46,828 nt of DNA, from positions 1 to 46,828 of the IMG/VR virus record IMGVR_UViG_3300020161_000581; one strand, 5' to 3'. This DNA is from a virus (taxonomy: Duplodnaviria; Caudoviricetes). The position numbers and the translations under genes are program-made. Below are positions 17,819 through 24,652 of the stretch, piece by piece (position 1 is the first letter of the stretch; every line of letters starts with the position of its first letter). A model generated the notes under the pieces. It did no database searches. It saw only the letters and a list, made by a program, of their open reading frames with translations, and had not been told where the DNA came from.

Positions 17819-18484
17819 TTACCACTCTACGCTACCTGTTGCGCTTGATGGCTCTTCTCCGCCTTCACCATTAAAGAAGGCTTCTTGCTCTGTATAGGGT
17901 AGGTCACGAACTGCAACCTTTTCCAATTCATACAATTCTAATCCAGATGAATCAAATGGTGTTTCATCTTTGGCAAGAGGGATTGATGTATAACTGGTGT
18001 CTGTCTTTGTGCCTGTACGCTTAATGCGCCACACTAAATTTGAGATGCTACCCATTTCGCCAGCATATTCAATTAATGTAGGAGTAATAGTCTTTCCGCT
18101 ACTACCCTGAGACAAGATGGCAACATATGGATCTTCTTTACCATCATCTACAAGTACATTGATGTATAGGCGAGAGCGGCCTTTCCATCCTGCCTTGTAA
18201 TCCTTACGATGCTGCTCACATCCCCAGCATTTTCCTTGATCGTCAATTGTACATAAAGCTTTACGCTTATAGTCTTTTGGGTTTGTGTGTTCTACTGCAA
18301 TAAATCCCAAGCTATTTTTTTCATTATAGTGGGGAGAGTCAGGATCTAATTCCTGAAGAAATCTAATTTTAACACTTTCTGCATCATCTAATTTAACCCA
18401 ACGTGCCCTTGAGCTATCTCCGCCAGATGATTGCGGTTTATCCATTACCTTATTTAAATCTTTTAGTCCTTTTACTAGACCCAT
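17819..18484 (-). CDS. ssb: Single-stranded DNA-binding protein, T4 gp32-like
   Basis: KIRFL, H...C...CWGC zinc motif, IKRTG..TDTSY, acidic tail ending in W; between primase and polymerase. Confidence 0.75.
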   Translation of the reverse strand: MGLVKGLKDLNKVMDKPQSSGGDSSRARWVKLDDAESVKIRFLQELDPDSPHYNEKNSLGFIAVEHTNPKDYKRKALCTIDDQGKCWGCEQHRKDYKAGWKGRSRLYINVLVDDGKEDPYVAILSQGSSGKTITPTLIEYAGEMGSISNLVWRIKRTGTKTDTSYTSIPLAKDETPFDSSGLELYELEKVAVRDLPYTEQEAFFNGEGGEEPSSATGSVEW

Positions 18485-18533
18485 TTTATTTCCTCTTTTC
18501 TATAGTTGATGGTATAAATCCACCTGTAACTGT

Positions 18534-18542
18534 ATTATATCA
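18534..18542 (-). promoter_or_regulatory. Extended -10 promoter TGATATAAT upstream of ssb
   Basis: Motif overlaps the primase TGA stop. Confidence 0.6.
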
Positions 18543-19538
18543 CAAGCCCCAGGATTTGTATTCTATATCAGAAACAGCATTGTTGATACAAAGCTTAATC
18601 TCATCCTCAGTCATGTCTCCTGCATCTTTTGCATCATGAGGGTATATCTTACCATAAGAGTGTGAAGCCCACAAGATGTCTTTGTTTTTTAATTTACTAG
18701 AAATTGACATTCCTAATTCTCTACCAGCCTGATCTGCGTCTGTCATTATTACCACTTTATTAAAATGTCTATTTAACAACTTTAAGTTGTCTGTAGATAT
18801 ATGTCCTCCTAATGTGGCAATAACATTTGGGAATCCAGATTGATGTATTCTTATTGCATCAAAACTAGATTCAACAATGATAACTTGATCACCAATTCTT
18901 TTTGCCCTATGTATATTAAATAGAGTTTTATTCTTAGGAAGGTTTGTGCTATTTTTAAATTTCTTTTCAGATATTGACCTGCCTACTAATCCTACGGGAG
19001 TTCCGTCTGGACTGTGAACTGGGACAATGACCATGTCCTGTGCCTCAGAGTATCCTAATTTAAAATGATTCATAGATTGTTCATTGATTCCACGAGACTC
19101 AAAGTAATCTCTAGCGGATTTATTTAAGGTTAATTCTAATGATAGGTCGTCAAGTTTTTTTTGATCAAACTCCACAAAATCTGGCTTGTCTTCAAACATC
19201 TGACTTAAAGCTTCGTCAAAATTATCTAGCGCCTGAGACTCTTTTGATGTAATTAATCTTATAGCTTCAAAATCATTTTTACCTGCAATACGTTTAACTA
19301 ATTGAATTATGTTTCCAGTTTCTCCACATGATGGATTAAAACAAAGCCATGCTCCATTTTCTTCGCTAATGTAAAAGCTAGGGCTATGGGTATTATTATG
19401 AAATGGACAATATATAACCAAATTATTATTTGACTCGCTAATTATTCTTAAACCAATTTCTTTTATAACAGATTTTATATGGCTGGGTGCATATTGCGTG
19501 GAACTAGCTTGCCCTGCGTTATTCCCTCTGATTGCCAT
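18540..19538 (-). CDS. dnaG: DNA primase (CHC2 zinc finger + TOPRIM)
   Basis: CPFH...CFNPSC, YFESRGI, IVESSFD, DADQAG, KDAGD; start probably MAIRG (19538). Confidence 0.9.
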   Translation of the reverse strand: MAIRGNNAGQASSTQYAPSHIKSVIKEIGLRIISESNNNLVIYCPFHNNTHSPSFYISEENGAWLCFNPSCGETGNIIQLVKRIAGKNDFEAIRLITSKESQALDNFDEALSQMFEDKPDFVEFDQKKLDDLSLELTLNKSARDYFESRGINEQSMNHFKLGYSEAQDMVIVPVHSPDGTPVGLVGRSISEKKFKNSTNLPKNKTLFNIHRAKRIGDQVIIVESSFDAIRIHQSGFPNVIATLGGHISTDNLKLLNRHFNKVVIMTDADQAGRELGMSISSKLKNKDILWASHSYGKIYPHDAKDAGDMTEDEIKLCINNAVSDIEYKSWGL

Positions 19539-19768
19539 GCTTTCCGCCTTCCTGTATATATACCATAAAGAGTCATTAAGAATCTCCATGTTGTACCAGT
19601 AAATTCTACCGAAAATGAGGTGTCTATGTCAAGTACCCTTGAATATCCTTTGTCTCTCATTTTATGAGTTAGCATACCTTCATATTGATGTTTGAGCCTA
19701 ATTATATCTGAGTCGTCTTTAAACTCTACATCTATATTAAATCTTTTAATTTGTTTGTGCTGGTACAT
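19475..19768 (-). CDS. Hypothetical protein between helicase and primase
   Basis: 97-aa ORF overlapping both neighbours. Confidence 0.6.
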   Translation of the reverse strand: MYQHKQIKRFNIDVEFKDDSDIIRLKHQYEGMLTHKMRDKGYSRVLDIDTSFSVEFTGTTWRFLMTLYGIYTGRRKAWQSEGITQGKLVPRNMHPAI

Positions 19769-20984
19769 AATCGTACAATTCTTTAATAATACCTCTGTTA
19801 ATATCCCAATCTAAATGGAATGCAAACTCGGTTCCATGACGATTCTTTCTTGAAACTATTTCAAATAAATTTGTTCCTGGGTGTCTATGAACTGCCATTG
19901 CCATATCAGCATCATACTCAATTGCTTTTGACCAAGCAACTTGACTCATCATAGGAGGATTTTCTTGATCAGAAATGTCATCCGCTGTAGCTGCAGTAAT
20001 ATCAATAACTGGTATATTATTTGTTACTGCTAGTAATTTAAATTCACGAGATACGTTTCTATTACGCTCTACCTCAGAGTTGCTTCTTTTGTTATCATTA
20101 AATAGTTGATGATAATCTAAAATAACTAGGTCTGGCTTATGCTGATCTATCTTTCCCTGAATAGTCGCTGGGGTTACATCTCCTGCCCCCTCGTTTGAAA
20201 CCAATACAAAACTATTTTTTCCTTCAAATTTTTTCTGACCCCATGACTTGAAGTCATCTATATTAATATCTCCTCTGGATAAATCGCTAGCTTTAAATAA
20301 TCCAGAACCTAACATTGTATAAATACGGTCACGCATATTTTCTGGAGACATCTCGAGGGAAATAATCATTGGCTTAAATCCTTGCTCCCAAGCTTTGCAT
20401 GCAAGATACGATGTAAACCATGTTTTACCTTTTCCTGGCCAACCAATTGCAACAATTAAATGTCCTGGCGCCATTCCAGTTGGGTATGCTGTGTCTATTG
20501 CTTGAAATCCAGTTTTAATTCCTGGGCTTCCACCCATTGCTAATGATCTATCTTTCACAGACATAAAGTGTCGCTCTGCTGACTCTAGGTCTGTTACATC
20601 TAAATCTCTTACGTTGTTTGTAAATCTAGATAGCCCAGCAAGTTTACTTTGCATATCAGATAAAACTCTAGAAGCAGCATCTTCTTTAAGCGCTGCTCCG
20701 CCCTGCAACATAATTGATTTTAACCTAGAAGAAAGATATTCATTTTTTAATTTATCTAAGTAGTATCCAGTTTCGGCTTTAACATTTATGTCTGGGTCGA
20801 AGTCTTTAAATTTTTCTTGTAATACTCCAATTTCTGGAACTGCCTTAAACTTATAATAGTATGACTTTAAACCATCCCACACATCTCTATGGGAAGTAAA
20901 TAAATCATCAACGTTGTCTGCAAGTAAAGTGCTTATGTCTTTGTTTTTACAAACCGCTGATATTACTGTTGCTTCTGTATTCAC
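19746..20984 (-). CDS. dnaB: Replicative DNA helicase, DnaB-like
   Basis: Walker A GWPGKGKT, SLEM, VILDY, IEYDAD, KNRHG. Confidence 0.92.
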   Translation of the reverse strand: MNTEATVISAVCKNKDISTLLADNVDDLFTSHRDVWDGLKSYYYKFKAVPEIGVLQEKFKDFDPDINVKAETGYYLDKLKNEYLSSRLKSIMLQGGAALKEDAASRVLSDMQSKLAGLSRFTNNVRDLDVTDLESAERHFMSVKDRSLAMGGSPGIKTGFQAIDTAYPTGMAPGHLIVAIGWPGKGKTWFTSYLACKAWEQGFKPMIISLEMSPENMRDRIYTMLGSGLFKASDLSRGDINIDDFKSWGQKKFEGKNSFVLVSNEGAGDVTPATIQGKIDQHKPDLVILDYHQLFNDNKRSNSEVERNRNVSREFKLLAVTNNIPVIDITAATADDISDQENPPMMSQVAWSKAIEYDADMAMAVHRHPGTNLFEIVSRKNRHGTEFAFHLDWDINRGIIKELYDYVPAQTN

Positions 20985-21325
20985 CCTTCCCCCTCTACCA
21001 TCTTTTTAGTTGCTTCTCTTAAAAGTTTGCGATTCTTTTTATCTTTAACTAATTCTTTTTCTGCATGATCCATTCTGTCAAAATTATATAAAAAGAATAT
21101 AAGTGGGTGTCCATATTTTGGTGTCTTGAAATAATATTCCAAAAGATCCATACCCCTTTCAAACCCAACACTTTCAATTACATCTTTCATGGCTGACTTA
21201 TCTCTGTATTTATTTAGCATTGGTTTTTTGCCATATTTTTCTTCATACAACTTTTCGTACTTCCAAAGCATAACATATGGCTGTTTGTTTTTATCAACCT
21301 GCAAAATTTCTAAATTATTTTCCAA
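20981..21325 (-). CDS. Hypothetical protein (possible helicase loader)
   Basis: 114-aa ORF coupled to dnaB; function from position only. Confidence 0.55.
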   Translation of the reverse strand: MENNLEILQVDKNKQPYVMLWKYEKLYEEKYGKKPMLNKYRDKSAMKDVIESVGFERGMDLLEYYFKTPKYGHPLIFFLYNFDRMDHAEKELVKDKKNRKLLREATKKMVEGEG

Positions 21326-21521
21326 TGTTTAGCTCTTCTTCTATTTCTTGAGTTTTTTTGATTAATTTTTCTTCAACAAATTTATACACTCTTTCCGTAG
21401 CTGAGTCAACATTTTCCCCAGAGCGAACATCGTCCTCTACGCCAATACTAATTTTAATGCTTTCATAATTACCAAGATTTCTAGTAAATGAAAGATCCAC
21501 CTTTACTTTTGTTTCTGACAT
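21315..21521 (-). CDS. Hypothetical protein
   Basis: 68-aa ORF with TRNLGNYES motif, coupled overlaps. Confidence 0.65.
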   Translation of the reverse strand: MSETKVKVDLSFTRNLGNYESIKISIGVEDDVRSGENVDSATERVYKFVEEKLIKKTQEIEEELNIGK

Positions 21522-21631
21522 TACTTATGCTCCGCCTTAATATGTCGCCTTAAAGTATCACTTGCAAATATTGCCCAGCGTAAGTCTATTTCTTTATTGC
21601 ATACATCACATACAACAACTCTATTAGACAT
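21521..21631 (-). CDS. 36-aa C2H2 zinc-finger micro-protein
   Basis: Manual: MSNRVVVCDVCNKEIDLRWAIFASDTLRRHIKAEHK*; TAATG overlaps at both ends, GGAG RBS. Confidence 0.75.
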   Translation of the reverse strand: MSNRVVVCDVCNKEIDLRWAIFASDTLRRHIKAEHK

Positions 21632-22110
21632 TACTCCGCCTTCCATACTGGTACGAAACCGTCAACGGTCTTAGTATACAATATCATGTTGTTTTTGAGA
21701 AGTGCCTTTAATTCTGCCTTAGACGGCAAATTTTTTGAATAACCAGCCTCAAGTATATATTCATGCAGTTTAAGTATACTAGACTCACTAAACATAAACT
21801 TATACCATTTGCTATCTGGATTACTTATTGGGTAAACCTTTTGAGGTCTGCTTATTTTACCTTGAAGTATATACTCTTCAATTGTAACTTTGTGCCTGCC
21901 TAATATTTGTCCAGCTTGCTTCATTGTGTATGCTGTTTCCATATTCTTTTGCACATCTGAAAATGAATACAGAACTCTTTTTTTGTCTAGGTATGACCAT
22001 GCTACTAATTCGTCTTTCGCCCTAGACGATCTAATTACTTTATGTAATTTATCATTTAAGAAGAAATAGAGGAACTTTTTGCGTATGCCTGATCTTTTTT
22101 TTCTAACCAT
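21631..22110 (-). CDS. DNA-binding protein with MerR/excisionase-like HTH
   Basis: YTMKQAGQILGRHKVTIEEYILQGKI. Confidence 0.65.
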   Translation of the reverse strand: MVRKKRSGIRKKFLYFFLNDKLHKVIRSSRAKDELVAWSYLDKKRVLYSFSDVQKNMETAYTMKQAGQILGRHKVTIEEYILQGKISRPQKVYPISNPDSKWYKFMFSESSILKLHEYILEAGYSKNLPSKAELKALLKNNMILYTKTVDGFVPVWKAE

Positions 22111-22241
22111 TTACCAAACCTATTCGTCTCTTTGTTAATCATCCATCTTTTTCCACAAAGAATGCAAAAAAGTTCTATGTGAAGTTTTTGAGAAAACACT
22201 CTATCTACAAAAACTCTCCCTTTACATTTTTGACACCACAT
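22056..22241 (-). CDS. Small Zn-ribbon protein
   Basis: CQKC...CILC. Confidence 0.65.
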   Translation of the reverse strand: MWCQKCKGRVFVDRVFSQKLHIELFCILCGKRWMINKETNRFGKWLEKKDQAYAKSSSISS

Positions 22242-23056
22242 TATAAGGCAAACGTCTTTCCATCAACTACGCATGTATAATTTGGAGATACGTGTATCAT
22301 CTGTACGTGCGGGTATTTTCCATTTTCAATATGTGCTATGGCAAACCCCTTTTGCCAATCATGGTGTTGAGTATACTTCATTCCTGGACCCTTTTCATCA
22401 CACATGTGGCCAATTTCATATCCTCTAAGGGTTTCACCTTTTCCGTTATTTCTAAGTTCGTAGGTTACCATATGGGAAGCAATTCTATGAGAATGTCCTC
22501 TAATTAATGAAACCTGCATATCTTCCATATCTTTTCTTACTGCTCCAGTTGCTGATATTGAAAGTCCGTGGTGAACGTGTATGTCACCAAATCGTTTCTT
22601 AGGCAAACTGTCGTAATATATATAATCATATCCTAAAGAATCTAAACTCCATAAAGCTTCTGGAGTAACATGCTTTGCATATTCTGGAATCTTCTTGTCC
22701 AAATAATCAAAAATTCTAATATCATGGTTTCCTAATGCAGAAAATAGTTGTGCGTTTGGAAGCATCTTTCTAGTCTTAGCATAAAATTCTCTAGCACCGC
22801 TTGCCTCAATTTTCATATCTTTTAGCATTAACTCTAAATCATTAGTTACATCATCGTTTTTATATGCTTTTAAAAATTCTGTTGGTTTACCATCAGTATA
22901 TTTACTGTAGCAAGCCTGATCATCTGTGTCGCCAAGGTAATCTACAACGTCTGGCTTAAACCATTTCATTACTTTAAACCAAAGCTCAATCATCTTATCG
23001 TCTTGATACGGGAATTGCTGATCCGATGAGAGCATCCATTTTAAATCATTTGACAT
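22241..23056 (-). CDS. Calcineurin-like metallophosphoesterase
   Basis: SDQQ, LGDTDD, GNHD, HHG, GHSH. Confidence 0.85.
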   Translation of the reverse strand: MSNDLKWMLSSDQQFPYQDDKMIELWFKVMKWFKPDVVDYLGDTDDQACYSKYTDGKPTEFLKAYKNDDVTNDLELMLKDMKIEASGAREFYAKTRKMLPNAQLFSALGNHDIRIFDYLDKKIPEYAKHVTPEALWSLDSLGYDYIYYDSLPKKRFGDIHVHHGLSISATGAVRKDMEDMQVSLIRGHSHRIASHMVTYELRNNGKGETLRGYEIGHMCDEKGPGMKYTQHHDWQKGFAIAHIENGKYPHVQMIHVSPNYTCVVDGKTFAL

Positions 23057-23073
23057 TCTTTATCCCTTAAATT

Positions 23074-23098
23074 AAAAAAGTCACGGTTTCGTGACTTT
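23074..23098 (-). terminator. Hairpin plus U-tract (terminator or palindromic operator)
   Basis: AAAGTCACG-AAAC-CGTGACTTT-TTT. Confidence 0.6.
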
Positions 23099-23112
23099 AT
23101 AAACTACATGGA

Positions 23113-23140
23113 ATTGTAGCATATTGTTTGATATCGTCAA
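23113..23140 (-). promoter_or_regulatory. Promoter with -35 TTGACG, 16-bp spacer ending TGC, -10 TACAAT
   Basis: -35 at 23140-23135, extended -10 at 23121-23113. Confidence 0.55.
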
Positions 23141-23143
23141 GTA

Positions 23144-23578
23144 TTAAATATCTTTTAGTTGGGCTGCAATCCAATTTACTTTAACTGAACCAGCCTTTGC
23201 TAAACTGGTCGTAACATATATCTTACCGCTTAGGGTTCCAGGGGTTACGACGGCTGCAACGGATATAACTCCAGCTCCTGATAGTGGTACATCTCCTACG
23301 GAGGCTGTAAATGATATCTCTGTTCCAGAGTTAAATGAAGAACTAAATGTTACTGGAAACGCTGCGGAAGCTATGTTTGCTTTTCCGCTAAGAGGAATTG
23401 TTTCTACATTTGAATCAATAATAGCAACTCTATTTGTGCCAGAAGCATCTTTAGTTGCGTTTAATAAAGACTTTGATGTATTAAAAACGTTTGTTAAATT
23501 AGTTTGTAATTGATTTAAATCATTAGGATCTAAAGGAGCACCCTCGTTAAATACTACGGACTTCCAGGTTTCTGCCAT
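23144..23578 (-). CDS. Small beta-rich virion/tail-fibre-associated protein
   Basis: N-terminal F.EG.PL...DLN.L anchor-like motif; C-terminal VTF...F...VNWIA beta domain (H-lectin/gp53-like). Confidence 0.5.
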   Translation of the reverse strand: MAETWKSVVFNEGAPLDPNDLNQLQTNLTNVFNTSKSLLNATKDASGTNRVAIIDSNVETIPLSGKANIASAAFPVTFSSSFNSGTEISFTASVGDVPLSGAGVISVAAVVTPGTLSGKIYVTTSLAKAGSVKVNWIAAQLKDI

Positions 23579-23976
23579 TATAAATTATCTCCTAAATCAT
23601 GAGCATTTGATTCTGCTTCGCTTACCTCTATAGTTTTTGATCTATCTAAACCGTACTTGGTAAATGAATCTGGGTCTACAATATGCCTTTTTTTATTTTG
23701 TGATATTAAATATATTTTACCATCTGCTATATTCTTTATCAAAGAGCCGTCTCTAAAGCCAAGCTTACCAGCAATCTTAATTAATGATAGGGCCTCTTCT
23801 GTTGCATTTGCTGTGGCAAATGACCAAGATTTTGAAGCCCTGTCTGAAATCAATTTATACCTCTTGCCATCTTTAATCCAATAAGTTGTCTTATCAGTTT
23901 TAACCGCAATTCCTGAAGGGAAGTTAGTTGGCGATGTTATTAAGAGAGTCTGAGTATTCCTGAATAGACTTTTCAC
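23578..23976 (-). CDS. Protein with two tandem ~60-aa repeats
   Basis: GIAVK..TYWIKDGKRYKL and GSLIK..IYLISQNKKRHI; likely GTG start at 23976. Confidence 0.55.
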   Translation of the reverse strand: MKSLFRNTQTLLITSPTNFPSGIAVKTDKTTYWIKDGKRYKLISDRASKSWSFATANATEEALSLIKIAGKLGFRDGSLIKNIADGKIYLISQNKKRHIVDPDSFTKYGLDRSKTIEVSEAESNAHDLGDNL

Positions 23977-24103
23977 GTTCCTTCTTTTCATCAATAAGTT
24001 GAGTAATTTCTGCACGTAATATTGCATTCTGAGTTTCATAGTTAGATACAAGTTCTCCTATACGCTGTTGCAGTGCCGTTATTACTAGTTCTGCTTTTTC
24101 CAA
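23924..24103 (-). CDS. 59-aa coiled-coil protein
   Basis: Manual: TTG-start MEKAELVITALQQRIGELVSNYETQNAILRAEITQLIDEKKEREKSIQEYSDSLNNIAN*. Confidence 0.65.
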   Translation of the reverse strand: MEKAELVITALQQRIGELVSNYETQNAILRAEITQLIDEKKEREKSIQEYSDSLNNIAN

Positions 24104-24111
24104 TTTAATCT

Positions 24112-24339
24112 CTATTCTGTTAGAGCATTTACTGCTGTTAGTTGTGTTTGAAGTGCTGCTATTTGATCGTCAACTTCATCTATCTGTGTATTAAAATTAG
24201 TTAATGCACTTTCTGATGGAGCAACTCTAGCATTTTCTTGAATAATATCAATTTCTAAATTATATTTTGTATAATTTAAACTTTTAATATGTGAAGATAT
24301 AATTTGAGCTTTTTCTTCTTTTGTTAAATTAATAGTCAT
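24112..24339 (-). CDS. Helical-hairpin protein (paralogue 1; possible fibre chaperone)
   Basis: Heptad pattern, AAGGAGG RBS, own promoter. Confidence 0.65.
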   Translation of the reverse strand: MTINLTKEEKAQIISSHIKSLNYTKYNLEIDIIQENARVAPSESALTNFNTQIDEVDDQIAALQTQLTAVNALTE

Positions 24340-24354
24340 TTTCCCTCCTTTTGT

Positions 24355-24363
24355 ATTATAGCA
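24355..24363 (-). promoter_or_regulatory. Extended -10 promoter TGCTATAAT
   Basis: Exact motif in gap. Confidence 0.65.
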
Positions 24364-24370
24364 TTTAAAT

Positions 24371-24592
24371 TCATGCTGGCAAGTTAGATTTTAAAGACTC
24401 TAAGGTAGAAATCTGTAGGTCATACTCTCCAATTATTCTAACAATATTTGAATAAATCTCATTGTCGGTGCTTGATATTGTTTCTAGCTCTATCTTTCTA
24501 ATTTCATGGCTATACTGTTCGGCTTTTAGCTCCGTAATATGTGCATTAATTATTGATATTTTTTGTGCATTGTTTAAATCAGTGCTTGACAT
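24371..24592 (-). CDS. Helical-hairpin protein (paralogue 2)
   Basis: Aligns with 24112..24339. Confidence 0.6.
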   Translation of the reverse strand: MSSTDLNNAQKISIINAHITELKAEQYSHEIRKIELETISSTDNEIYSNIVRIIGEYDLQISTLESLKSNLPA

Positions 24593-24617
24593 TATTTACC
24601 TTTCTTGTATTTCTTAT

Positions 24618-24626
24618 ATTATATCA
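24618..24626 (-). promoter_or_regulatory. Extended -10 promoter TGATATAAT
   Basis: Exact motif in gap. Confidence 0.6.
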
Positions 24627-24652
24627 TTTTTAAATAATCTGTAAAGATCATT

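Noticed and set aside
5345-20984. Inteins or introns in terL, recA, dnaE or dnaB
   Set aside because: Lengths are normal, motifs contiguous, and no intein termini or homing endonuclease motifs were seen
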